Below are positions 51,851 to 61,615 of a stretch of DNA of 64,000 bases, piece by piece. The notes beneath the pieces were generated by a model, which worked only from the letters and a program-made list of their open reading frames with translations, had not been told where the DNA came from and made no database searches. Position 1 is the stretch's first letter. Each line of letters opens with the position of its first letter. Made by a program: the position numbers and the translations under genes. This DNA is from an uncultured Bacillota bacterium (GTDB lineage: Bacteria; Bacillota; Clostridia; Acetivibrionales; DTU013): assembly GCA_942493145.1 (NCBI GenBank), contig OW818679.1:399566-463565 (forward strand). Direction: 5' to 3'.

Positions 51851-52123
51851 ATGAAGGAATATGATGCAAAGGCAGAAAAGCTCAAGGCAATTGCCCATCC
51901 TTACAGGCTTTGCATAATCAAAGGACTGATGGATAAGGCATGTAATGTGACAGGGATACAGGAATGCCTCAATATACCGCAGTCTACAGTGTCGCAGCAT
52001 CTTGCAAAGCTTAAGGCTGCCGGGATAATAGAGGGAAGGCGCTGTGGTCTTGAAATATGCTACAGTGTTATAGATGAAGAAATAAAAGATATAATCAGAT
52101 CATTATTCAGTGTCGTCGCCTGA
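51851..52123 (+). CDS. ArsR/SmtB-family HTH transcriptional regulator (Cys-rich)
   Basis: LKAIAHPYRLCIIKGL...STVSQHLAKLKAAGII is the ArsR winged-helix signature. There are five Cys residues. The start is uncertain: TTG at 51821 or 51836, or ATG at 51851. Confidence 0.8.
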   Translation: MKEYDAKAEKLKAIAHPYRLCIIKGLMDKACNVTGIQECLNIPQSTVSQHLAKLKAAGIIEGRRCGLEICYSVIDEEIKDIIRSLFSVVA

Positions 52124-52140
52124 TGTACAGGCAACGGTCA

Positions 52141-52176
52141 AAAGGCGTGAGGGCTAGTTACCTCACGCCTTTTCTA
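52141..52176 (+). terminator. Rho-independent terminator after the ArsR gene
   Basis: AAAGGCGTGAGG pairs with CCTCACGCCTTT, followed by TCT. Confidence 0.7.
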
Positions 52177-52290
52177 AAATTTTGATAAATTGCCTTAAAA
52201 AATAAAGCAATTTATCTAGAATACTGATGGGCATGCCGGCATAAAAATAATGTAGAAGAAATACCTGAATCTGAATGAGGTGGCCGGTTC

Positions 52291-53118
52291 ATGCGTAGAT
52301 GGATATCTATATTGACACTTTGCATATTTACCTTAGTGGTATTTGCGGGATGTGGTTTTTTACAGAAGCTGGGGCTACAGAAAGGTGCGGAGGATGAACT
52401 CAGGCCTGTCAGCAGCATTGTGATGGGTGAGGATGAGGCGGAGGTACTGAGCAATAAAGTGCCTGTGTATCTCTATTTTGCCAATGAAGACAATACAAAG
52501 CTCAAGCTGGAAGTAAGATATATTTCCATGGAAGATGCCAAAAAAGGCACAAGCCAGCTAGCGGGGATTATTGTAAATGAACTGATAAAAGGACCAACAG
52601 CAACAACCGGTTTCAAGGCAACCGTCCCGGAAGGCTCGGAGCTCAGGTCTGCCATAAAGATTAAAGATGGCGTTGCTGTGGTGGATATGTCCAAGGAATT
52701 CAAATCCGCGCATCCCGGAGGCAAGGATGCTGAAAAGATGACCATCTATTCCATTGTCAATTCACTTACTGAATTGAAGGATGTACAGAAAGTGAAGTTT
52801 ACAATTGCCGGAAAGGTTCAAAAGGAATACATGGGTAATTTCCAGTTTGATCAGCCATTCCCCAGGAGTGCCGGCCTTATAAGCAAGGAAGCGGTAACAC
52901 CAGGTTCAGGCAGCAAGACCGATACTAAGAAGAAGGAAGATGCAAAGGTGAAGGCTACACCTTCTCCGGATACAAAGACCAAAGCAACTGCAACACCTGG
53001 ACAGAAAAGTGACTCAGGCAGTGAACCGCTGGAAGGCGATTCACTGGATACTTCAGGTGACACCGGGGATTCACAGGAGACTTCGGGGGACGCAGATGAG
53101 TTCGAACTGCTGGAGTAG
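52291..53118 (+). CDS. GerMN-domain lipoprotein (GerM-like) with low-complexity acidic tail
   Basis: The lipobox is VVFAGCG. The GerMN-like core is VPVYLYFANEDNTKLKLEV...NELIKGP...GVAVVDMSKEF...SIVNSLTELKDVQKVKF. Confidence 0.75.
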   Translation: MRRWISILTLCIFTLVVFAGCGFLQKLGLQKGAEDELRPVSSIVMGEDEAEVLSNKVPVYLYFANEDNTKLKLEVRYISMEDAKKGTSQLAGIIVNELIKGPTATTGFKATVPEGSELRSAIKIKDGVAVVDMSKEFKSAHPGGKDAEKMTIYSIVNSLTELKDVQKVKFTIAGKVQKEYMGNFQFDQPFPRSAGLISKEAVTPGSGSKTDTKKKEDAKVKATPSPDTKTKATATPGQKSDSGSEPLEGDSLDTSGDTGDSQETSGDADEFELLE

Positions 53119-53236
53119 CGGGGCGGTCATGTGACTGGCTTTCAGGCTCCGTAACAAACAGGCTGTAGTGTCAGGTTCAGCTTAACACAAACAGCCTGTA
53201 TTTGTTGCTCCACATTCAAGTCTTCACCTGACCGCC

Positions 53237-53944
53237 TTAGCCGCTGCACTCATCATCCTGTGACATATCATAAATTCGATTGTCTACATCGGCCAGTCTC
53301 TTTATTCTCTTGAATGCAAAGACATACAGGACTATTACAAAGGGTATGAATAATATCATAATAATAGTTACTTCAGAAAAAAGGATAAAATCATAAATGC
53401 CATGCAGGGAAATGGGAACAAGAATACTTAGCCATGAATATTTCGTTCTTTCCTTCCCTTTTGGAAGGAATCTCGCCATTCCCATGAAATATCCCATAGC
53501 TACGGCAAAGATGGCATGTCCGGGTACAGCGGTAACGGCTCTGAGCACACCTGCAGAAAACCCGCTCTGAAGAACATACAAGACATTCTCCACTGTTGCA
53601 AAACCCAATGAAATAAAGACGGCATATACAATTGAATCATACTTTTGGTTGAAATATTTGCATTTTTTCCATGCAGACAATCTTAGAATGATATATTTTA
53701 GTCCTTCTTCTATCAATGCAACTACAAAAAAGGCATATATGAATTTTCCCGCCAGGGTCCCGACTCCGTCTATACCGAAGGCAGATGCCGCCAATTCAAG
53801 TATTACTGCAGGTATAACAGAGATACACCCAAGGAAGAAAAGAAAAAACAGAAATTTCTTGGGTTCTTTGTCGTACTTGTCCCTCATGTATATGTAAAAC
53901 ATTATTACAACAGAGGGGCCGATAGCCAGATACAATAAACTCAT
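53237..53944 (-). CDS. prsW: PrsW-family intramembrane glutamic/metalloprotease
   Basis: The motifs are EEGLKY, FATVEN, HAIFAVAMGY and HGIYDF, in a multi-TM protein. The RBS GGAGG precedes the ATG at 53944. The ORF track extends to 54019. Confidence 0.85.
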   Translation of the reverse strand: MSLLYLAIGPSVVIMFYIYMRDKYDKEPKKFLFFLFFLGCISVIPAVILELAASAFGIDGVGTLAGKFIYAFFVVALIEEGLKYIILRLSAWKKCKYFNQKYDSIVYAVFISLGFATVENVLYVLQSGFSAGVLRAVTAVPGHAIFAVAMGYFMGMARFLPKGKERTKYSWLSILVPISLHGIYDFILFSEVTIIMILFIPFVIVLYVFAFKRIKRLADVDNRIYDMSQDDECSG

Positions 53945-54149
53945 ATAGCCTCCGATTGATTGATACCTTCTATTATACCAATCTTTATCCTGTATACCAA
54001 TCCTTAATCTGTACATCAATCCTTAACCTGATGCTGCAAATATATCATGATACAGTGCACTTGAAGTTGCTGTACTTAAATAGTAGAATATGAAATATAT
54101 TTGAACTAAGATTTTACTGATTTAATTAATAAGTGGGGTATATAAGAAA

Positions 54150-55334
54150 ATGGGAAACAAAAAACGCATTGCAGTTATATTTGGGGGGCAATCGACTGAA
54201 CATGAGGTTTCAAGAGTATCTGCGCAGTCGGTTGTAAGCAACATCGACCCTGAAAAATATGATGTGGTCATGCTCGGGATCACAAAGGATGGCCGATGGC
54301 TATCTTACGACGGACCGGTGGAACTGCTGGGAACCGGCGAATGGCAGGAGTATGCTGAAACAAGGGCAATTGCAGCGAATGGGGATGAAGCCCGAAAGGA
54401 AGTTGTGATGCTGTCTGACGCTTCAGGAGCATCCATCATTTCAGACAATAGCAAGGATATTGCTTCAGCCAGCACTGCAAGAGGAATACTCAAAGTAGCG
54501 GGTGCAGAAAACAATGACAGCAAAATCGATGTCGTTTTTCCGGTGCTGCATGGCTGCAACGGAGAGGATGGAACCATACAGGGACTTTTTGAACTGGCCG
54601 GCATACCTTATGTCGGTTGTGGTGTCCTTGGCTCGGCGTTGGGTATGGATAAAGCCTATTCGAAGATTGTTTTTGAAAAGGAAGGAATACCTCAGGGTAA
54701 ATACCTTTGTTTTTCAAGGAAACAGATAGACAGGGATATTGAAGGAATAACAAAACAGGTCGAGAATATGCTGACTTATCCATGCTTTGTAAAACCTTCC
54801 AATGCAGGTTCTTCAGTAGGAGTAAGTAAAGCACGAAGCAGACAGGAATTGGTGACTGCCGTGAAGAAGGCCGCCCGTTATGACCGCAGAGTGCTTGTCG
54901 AAGAATTCATTGATGGAAGGGAAGCTGAGTGTGCTGTACTCGGCAATGATGATCCTGAGGCATCGGTGGTTGGAGAAGTCGTCCCATGTAATGAATTCTA
55001 TGATTATGAGGCAAAATACAGCAGCGGAGACGATTCTGAAGTCATTATCCCGGCAAGGCTCCCGCAAGATACTATGCAAAAAATCAGGGATTACGCCGTT
55101 AAGGCCTTTAAGGCCCTTGACTGTGCAGGCCTCGCGCGGGTTGATTTTTTTGTACACAAGACCACGGGGGAAATATATATCAATGAAATAAACACTATGC
55201 CAGGTTTCACAAAGATAAGTATGTATCCCAAACTGTGGGCTGCTACCGGGCTTCCATACGATAAGCTGATAGAAAGACTTGTGGAACTGGCAGCAGAAAG
55301 ATATGAAGACAGCTTGAGGGATCTTGGAAACTGA
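54150..55334 (+). CDS. ddl: D-alanine--D-alanine ligase
   Basis: IAVIFGGQSTEHEVS, PVLHGCNGEDGTIQGLFELAGIPYVG, the ATP-grasp core and the C-terminal NEINTMPGFT are present. An extra ~40-aa insertion follows the first domain. Confidence 0.92.
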   Translation: MGNKKRIAVIFGGQSTEHEVSRVSAQSVVSNIDPEKYDVVMLGITKDGRWLSYDGPVELLGTGEWQEYAETRAIAANGDEARKEVVMLSDASGASIISDNSKDIASASTARGILKVAGAENNDSKIDVVFPVLHGCNGEDGTIQGLFELAGIPYVGCGVLGSALGMDKAYSKIVFEKEGIPQGKYLCFSRKQIDRDIEGITKQVENMLTYPCFVKPSNAGSSVGVSKARSRQELVTAVKKAARYDRRVLVEEFIDGREAECAVLGNDDPEASVVGEVVPCNEFYDYEAKYSSGDDSEVIIPARLPQDTMQKIRDYAVKAFKALDCAGLARVDFFVHKTTGEIYINEINTMPGFTKISMYPKLWAATGLPYDKLIERLVELAAERYEDSLRDLGN

Positions 55335-55360
55335 CCGGCCCCGGGGTATTGGAAATGGGA

Positions 55361-55415
55361 TTCAAACTGGGTTTTGACTGGGTTCAAACTGGGTTTTAAC
55401 TGGGTTTAAACTGGC
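55361..55415. repeat. 11-bp tandem repeat, 5 copies (helical-phase periodicity)
   Basis: The units are TTCAAACTGGG / TTTTGACTGGG / TTCAAACTGGG / TTTTAACTGGG / TTTAAACTGGC. The repeat lies between ddl and the DUF1934-argS unit. Confidence 0.9.
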
Positions 55416-55514
55416 ATTTGATGAAATGATGCTTGAAAGTTATAATAGAGATGTGTTAGAATATGGATTTGCATTAGCGGTAATCAGGGGTATGTTTGAA
55501 AGGTGAGTGTATCG

Positions 55515-55993
55515 TGGATAAAGACGTAATAATATCGGTAAAGGGAACCCAGATGGATTTGGATAATGAGACTAATGAAATGGAGCTCGTTACCGAAGGA
55601 AAGTATTACAAGCAGGATGACGCATATTACGTTACCTACAATGAGAGTGAAGTCACCGGAATGGATGGCACGACCACAACATTGAAGGTTGCCGATGGTA
55701 TAGTAACACTGATGCGCTCGGGATCGGTCAACTCCCATTTCGTTTTCCAAAGGGGACACAGGCATTTGTCCCACTATGATACCGAATATGGGGCATTTAC
55801 CATAAGTGTGTATGCCGATGAAGTAGATGTAAGTATGAATGACAGTGGCGGAGAGATCCGGGTAGGATATCAGATGGAGATAGATAATAACAGGACAGGT
55901 ATGAATGATTTTTACATGTTCATCAGAGAGGCAGGTAGAACGGATGACAAACATAACAGAGGTCATAAGGCAACAGATAAGAGATATAGTTAG
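55515..55993 (+). CDS. DUF1934 (YwiB-like) beta-barrel protein
   Basis: The sequence DKDVIISVKGTQMD...ELVTEGKYY...YYVTYNESE...GMDGTTTTLKV...VTLMRSG is typical of DUF1934 proteins found upstream of argS in Firmicutes. A GTG start at 55515 follows AAGGTGA. It overlaps argS. Confidence 0.7.
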
Positions 55994-57638
55994 GAAAGCA
56001 CTTGAAAAATCAGCAGGCTCAGGCCAGCTTCCTGTTACTGAGTTTCCTGAGATATCTGTGGAATCGCCAAAAGAAAAGGATCACGGTGAATTTTCCACCA
56101 ATATTGCCATGCAGTTGACAAAGCTGGTAAAGATGCAACCAAGGAAGACAGCTGAAATAATAATAGACAATATGGAATTCGAAGGTACATATATCGCCAG
56201 GACTGAATGTGCCGGGCCGGGTTTCATCAACTTTTACCTGAAGGATAACTGGCTGTATGATTCACTATCCATCATAAGCGGTGAAAAGCAGGAATATGGG
56301 AAGCTGGATATAGGCAAGGGCAGGAAGGTCATGGTTGAGTTTGTAAGTGCAAACCCCACAGGCGCGCTTCATATGGGCAATGCCCGCGGAGGAGCCCTTG
56401 GAGATTGTATTGCCAGTGTCCTTGAGACAGCGGGCTATGATGTCACAAGAGAATTTTATGTGAATGATGCCGGAAATCAAATTGAGAAATTCGGTATTTC
56501 CCTTGAGGCAAGGTATATCCAGCTGCTAAAGGGTGAAGATGCCATAGAGTTTCCCGAGGATGGCTATCAGGGCGAGGACATCATCGAACATATGAGGGAA
56601 TTCATAAAAGAAAATGGGGACAAGCTCCTGGAGGCGGATCCCGAGATCAGAAGGAAGACACTGGTGGATTATGCACTTCCAAAGAATCTCGAAAGAATAA
56701 AAAAGGGTTTGGAAAGCTACGGCATTAATTATGATGTCTGGTTTTCAGAGCAATCTCTATATAATAGTGGAGAATTGCAGCAGACCCTCGACTATTTGAG
56801 GGAGAAAGGCTATACTGTCATGAATGAAGGGGCTGAATGGTTCAGGGCCACTGCATTTGGTGTGGACAAGGACGAAGTCCTGGTAAGGAACAACGGACTT
56901 GCGACCTATTTTGCCTCCGATATTGCATATCACAGGAACAAATTTTTTAAACGTGAATTCGACTGGGTTATAAACCTGCTTGGTGCTGATCATCATGGCC
57001 ATGTGGCAAGGATGAAGGCAGCGGTTGAATCATTGGGCGTAGACCCCATAAAACTTGACATAGTAATATTCCAGCTTGTGAGGCTTTACAGGAACGGTGA
57101 GGTTGCCAGGATGTCCAAGAGGACAGGCAGGGCGATATCTCTTACCGATCTGCTGGAGGAAGTCGGCCGGGATGCTGCAAGGTTCATATTCAACACCAAA
57201 GCTTCGGGCAGCCATCTTGACTTTGATCTTGACCTGGCAGTCCAGCAGTCCAACGAAAACCCGGTATATTATGTCCAGTATGCCCATGCCAGGATATGCA
57301 GCATGCTGAGGATACTGGACGGTGAAGGCGTACAGGTACCACAGGCAGATAAGGTGGACATGTCACTGCTTTCCACGAGGGAAGAGAAGGACCTGATCAG
57401 GAGGTTGGCGGAGTACCCGGATGAAATAAGATCAGCGGCACAGACCCTCGAACCGAGCAGGCTCACAAGGTATGTTACTGATATAGCCTCGCTTTTCCAT
57501 AGCTTTTACCATGAGTGCAGGGTAAAGGGCGAGGAGGAGCAGTTGATGAAGGCGAGGCTGTTGCTGGTGGACTGTACGAGGATAGTCATAAGGAACGTGC
57601 TTAAGCTCCTTAGTATATCCGCTCCGGAGAAGATGTAG
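55944..57638 (+). CDS. argS: Arginine--tRNA ligase
   Basis: It has the class I HIGH-type motif SANPTGALHMGNARG, the KMSKRTG-type motif RMSKRTGRA and the C-terminal DALR anticodon-binding domain. The start is taken at MTNITEVIRQQI. Confidence 0.93.
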   Translation: MTNITEVIRQQIRDIVRKALEKSAGSGQLPVTEFPEISVESPKEKDHGEFSTNIAMQLTKLVKMQPRKTAEIIIDNMEFEGTYIARTECAGPGFINFYLKDNWLYDSLSIISGEKQEYGKLDIGKGRKVMVEFVSANPTGALHMGNARGGALGDCIASVLETAGYDVTREFYVNDAGNQIEKFGISLEARYIQLLKGEDAIEFPEDGYQGEDIIEHMREFIKENGDKLLEADPEIRRKTLVDYALPKNLERIKKGLESYGINYDVWFSEQSLYNSGELQQTLDYLREKGYTVMNEGAEWFRATAFGVDKDEVLVRNNGLATYFASDIAYHRNKFFKREFDWVINLLGADHHGHVARMKAAVESLGVDPIKLDIVIFQLVRLYRNGEVARMSKRTGRAISLTDLLEEVGRDAARFIFNTKASGSHLDFDLDLAVQQSNENPVYYVQYAHARICSMLRILDGEGVQVPQADKVDMSLLSTREEKDLIRRLAEYPDEIRSAAQTLEPSRLTRYVTDIASLFHSFYHECRVKGEEEQLMKARLLLVDCTRIVIRNVLKLLSISAPEKM

Positions 57639-57653
57639 AGGAGGGATGGACGG

Positions 57654-58304
57654 ATGAAAATCAGATGGCTGGGGCATTCAAGCTTTCTGCTGACCGCTTC
57701 CAACGGCGGCAGGGTGGTCACAGACCCGTATGACGGCACCATAGGATATACATTGCCAGACGTAGAGGCTGATATAGTCACAACCAGCCACGGCCATTTC
57801 GACCATAACTATACCAAAGGGGTAAAGGGGTCATTTATCCATCTGGACAAACCAGGACGATATAACATAAAAGGCATTGATATCCATGGAATTCCAAGCT
57901 TTCATGATGAAAATCAGGGAAGAAAGAGAGGGACTAACATTCTTTTCACCTTCGCGATGGACGGGATCACAATCTGCCACTGTGGTGATTTTGGACATTT
58001 ACCTGATACAGGCATGCTCCGGGAGATGGGTAAAGTTGATATACTGCTCATACCTGTGGGAGGTACCTTCACTCTTGATGCGGAAGGTGCCGCCACAGTA
58101 GTCAAGGCAGTCAAGCCATCGGTCACCATTCCGATGCACTATAAAACAGAGGTGCTTACATTCTCTATTGACGGAGTCGATAAGTTTCTGAACGCTTCAG
58201 AAATCAAGGAAAAGAATAGTGTAATGGCTGGAAAGAATGAAATAGAGGTAAATACCGGAAATATCAACCGTTTCCCTCCAATAGTATTGCTGGAGTACCA
58301 GTGA
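57654..58304 (+). CDS. MBL-fold metal-dependent hydrolase (UPF0173 family)
   Basis: MKIRWLGHSSFLL...TTSHGHFDHN...HCGDFGH are beta-lactamase-fold metal ligand motifs. Confidence 0.85.
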   Translation: MKIRWLGHSSFLLTASNGGRVVTDPYDGTIGYTLPDVEADIVTTSHGHFDHNYTKGVKGSFIHLDKPGRYNIKGIDIHGIPSFHDENQGRKRGTNILFTFAMDGITICHCGDFGHLPDTGMLREMGKVDILLIPVGGTFTLDAEGAATVVKAVKPSVTIPMHYKTEVLTFSIDGVDKFLNASEIKEKNSVMAGKNEIEVNTGNINRFPPIVLLEYQ

Positions 58305-58513
58305 GACCACATTCCAGGATTGGCTGCAATATTATCTTTGTTTGGTGGGAATATTATCTTTGTAATATAAATTTAAAACATATTTCTCCCTTCAAAAGGT
58401 AAACTGAAGTGATAAAAAAGCCGATATAAAGACTGTATGATTCAAACAGTTGTGTATCGGCTTAATTTGTGTTGTGCCGATAAACCCGATATCCAGATGA
58501 AAGGGAGTCAGCC

Positions 58514-61500
58514 TTGAAAAAGATAACCAACCATTACATAGAAAATAAGACTGATAACAGATCGAAAAGAACCGGTCACCGCAAAAGGATAATTCCGGCG
58601 ATTATGGCTCTGATCCTTGCATTCGCAATGCTGCCATCAGGTCTGGCTGCGGCGGAGACGGTTGAAACGGTCTTCCCCGGTGATACAAGTGCCGGTGCAA
58701 TACTGAGAAATCTTGATTACTACGACGTAAGGAATTCGAATACCTGGGCAAAGGAAGCTATCTATGAAGCAGGCGCCCTTGAAATAATCAAAGGTCTCAG
58801 CAATATGAGCAAGCGGTTTGGGCGGACGGACAATCTTACCAAGGAAGAAGCCCTTGCCATTGTGTACAAGGCAGCAGGCAGGGAAGCTGAGGCACAGGCT
58901 CTTGGAGAGGCCATGAACAATGCACGGGCACAGGCAAACAGGAAGACCGATGCTCTTGAAGTTTGGTATGACGGCTATTTACAGCTGGCAGTAACTGAAG
59001 GACTAATTACCGCCCAGGATCTTGCTGATGCCATGAATGCAGACCAAACATCACTGGAAGCTGATTCCTTCAACAGGAAGTCGGCAGTTCAGAGGCAAGA
59101 GATGGCAAGGTGGCTGGCTGGTACATTGGGAATACAGCCGGTCAGGGGACAGCAGGACATATTCAACAATTATCTTGACTGGAGATCTGCTGATCCAGAT
59201 AAAATCCCCTACATAGAAGCAATTCTTGAGAACAGGATAATGAACGGTGATGGTACAGGCCGTTTCAGGCCGCTGCAGGCTGTAACCAGGGAACAGGCGG
59301 CACAGATATTGAAAAATGCTGAAAGCCAGGTACTTACAGCCCTGAAATACAACAAACAGACAGGCATTATTGAAAACATTTCTACAACGGCCGATTATTC
59401 GGGAGGGATGAACACCACAGGCAGGTATATAGATGTCAGAAATACTGACGGTAAGCTTTACAGGATTGAAACAAGCCTTTCCGTGCCTGCTGCGTTGAAT
59501 GAACAACAGGGCGGAAGTTCTGCGGCAACAGGAAAAGAGCTCGTGGCATACGATAAGGGTGCAATAGGGGGCAGCAGCATACTCAACGAAGGAGACAGGA
59601 TATCATATATCACCAGGTCTTCCGATAATGCGGTCAAATTTGTAAATGTCCTTTCCAATATCAATGATGTGAGATATGTGGCTGCACAGATCAACAACAA
59701 CGACAGCGCCAACCTGCTCATCAACGTCACACAGCTGTTCAGACTGGATTACCCGGACATTGAACTGGCACAGCAAAGCGTGTCATTTTCGTTGGGCAGC
59801 GAACAGCAGAATGTTTCATACCGGTACAGTAAAAATGTTGCCGTGACCGTTGACGGAAGGACGATGTCCATGGATGACATCTCTCCCGATATGGCTGTTA
59901 TCCTGACAATAGGCGCCAACAATACTGTAACAGCGATAACATCCACCGATCTTGACATAAATTCAGATGCGGGAAAAATAGTAAAGGGAATAGTTGAGGA
60001 AAACAACCCGCAGCTGGGATATATAACCCTCTACAATGAAGATGGCAGTGGGACCGCAAATTTCGGGGCATATGAAGTCTCAATGCTCAGGACCTACAAT
60101 TACGTGAATGAGAATACCCTTGAGATATATAAAAATCATGAGCAAGCGGACATTGAAAGCATTCAGGCCGGAGATACCGCATACCTCAAACTGGATGACG
60201 ACGGTGGCATCATATCTGTCAGTGCAGTAGACAATTATTCGGTCAAATATGGAAGGATAATTTCAAAGCTGGCCAGCAGCATGGCTGTTGAATACGAAAA
60301 TGGAACACAGCAGGTATTGGTGATTAGCGATGATGTATTGTTCATAAAGGATAAGAAGTTGGTCGCGTATTCATTTTTGAAGGAAGGTGACAGGGTCAGA
60401 TTGCTGGTGAATGCAAACCCAACATCGACTGAACTTAAGGAAGTAACAATTGAAGGTGATGAGCACTACATCACAAGCATATATAAAGGGCAACTCCTGA
60501 ACATTGATGAAATTTCCGACAAGGTGAAGCTCTGGAATCTACAGTTCTATAATAATGGGAAGTGGGAGAGGACCAGTACGAAAGGCATGACTGCAATTCC
60601 ACTGGCAGAAGGCTGTACCATTTATGCCAATGACACTCAAATGACCATCCGAAAGGTAAACTCTCTCCTTGTAGATAACGAGGCATATATTGCTGTGGAA
60701 AAAGATTATGGCGGAAATGAAAATGCAATTATGCTTTCTTTCAGAAATAGCAGTGATAAGGAAGTGCTGTACACCGACAATATTTCAAGCCTGTCTTCAG
60801 GTTCCGGGAAATTCAATCTGCAGAACGCAGCCAATTCCATAATGTTTGGGGCGGGCAGCATAGTAGTGAAATTTGGACGGCTTGTAACAGGAAGCAGCCT
60901 TTCGGCTCAGGACATGGCAATGGTGGTAGCCAACAGGGCTTATGACACAGGTTATTACAATGCCGGCATAATCAGGGTTGATGAGCAGAAGGCCAATACA
61001 TTTGCACAGGTATATCGTGCAAGAATATCAGTAATCAATGAAAACCAGGATTTCAAGGTTGAATCCTTCTCGATGCTTTCAGAAACCAACTGGAACTATT
61101 ACAACACGGAGAAGACATTTGTATTGTCTTCGGATACAAGGCTCCTGGGAGATGAAGGATTGTTGAACATCAGGGATTTCCTGGGGTATGGAGAGGATAG
61201 TTATATCGGCAGGGTGGTATATGTACTTGCTGATGGAGCGGATGCCATACTGCTGAGTACAGCACCTTACGGTGTAAATAATGTAAAAGGGACAGTCTAT
61301 GAGGTTTCAGGCGCAACATATGGTGAGGAGGAAGGCTTACTCATGGAAGAGCCTACTACCCTGAAACTAAGGAATACCTCGATATACAGCACCGCAAGCT
61401 ATAGCTGGACGGCATCTCAGGAAATGGAGATATCGCTGCTGCTCAACACCATAATCATTAAAAACGGTGCGGTTGCAAAGCCTTCGGACATTAAAAAAGG

Positions 61501-61570
61501 CGATGTCGTTAAGGTTGTCAAAAAGGATGCCACCGTTTCGGGTGATGCATATATCATAACGGTTGAATAG
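58514..61570 (+). CDS. Large secreted cell-surface protein: signal peptide + three N-terminal SLH domains + ~700-aa region of repeated small beta-domains (unknown function)
   Basis: 1018 aa with a TTG start after AAGGGAG. The signal peptide ends GLAAAETV. The SLH motifs are WAKEAIYEAGALEIIKG...LTKEEALAIVYKA, SAVQRQEMARWLA and GRFRPLQAVTREQAAQIL. The recurring motifs are (L/I)xxGDx(V/I)...V. Confidence 0.8.
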   Translation: MKKITNHYIENKTDNRSKRTGHRKRIIPAIMALILAFAMLPSGLAAAETVETVFPGDTSAGAILRNLDYYDVRNSNTWAKEAIYEAGALEIIKGLSNMSKRFGRTDNLTKEEALAIVYKAAGREAEAQALGEAMNNARAQANRKTDALEVWYDGYLQLAVTEGLITAQDLADAMNADQTSLEADSFNRKSAVQRQEMARWLAGTLGIQPVRGQQDIFNNYLDWRSADPDKIPYIEAILENRIMNGDGTGRFRPLQAVTREQAAQILKNAESQVLTALKYNKQTGIIENISTTADYSGGMNTTGRYIDVRNTDGKLYRIETSLSVPAALNEQQGGSSAATGKELVAYDKGAIGGSSILNEGDRISYITRSSDNAVKFVNVLSNINDVRYVAAQINNNDSANLLINVTQLFRLDYPDIELAQQSVSFSLGSEQQNVSYRYSKNVAVTVDGRTMSMDDISPDMAVILTIGANNTVTAITSTDLDINSDAGKIVKGIVEENNPQLGYITLYNEDGSGTANFGAYEVSMLRTYNYVNENTLEIYKNHEQADIESIQAGDTAYLKLDDDGGIISVSAVDNYSVKYGRIISKLASSMAVEYENGTQQVLVISDDVLFIKDKKLVAYSFLKEGDRVRLLVNANPTSTELKEVTIEGDEHYITSIYKGQLLNIDEISDKVKLWNLQFYNNGKWERTSTKGMTAIPLAEGCTIYANDTQMTIRKVNSLLVDNEAYIAVEKDYGGNENAIMLSFRNSSDKEVLYTDNISSLSSGSGKFNLQNAANSIMFGAGSIVVKFGRLVTGSSLSAQDMAMVVANRAYDTGYYNAGIIRVDEQKANTFAQVYRARISVINENQDFKVESFSMLSETNWNYYNTEKTFVLSSDTRLLGDEGLLNIRDFLGYGEDSYIGRVVYVLADGADAILLSTAPYGVNNVKGTVYEVSGATYGEEEGLLMEEPTTLKLRNTSIYSTASYSWTASQEMEISLLLNTIIIKNGAVAKPSDIKKGDVVKVVKKDATVSGDAYIITVE

Positions 61571-61615
61571 ATATAAGATGAAGTAAGTTTTCATACGATA
61601 CTGGGGGATTTGCAC

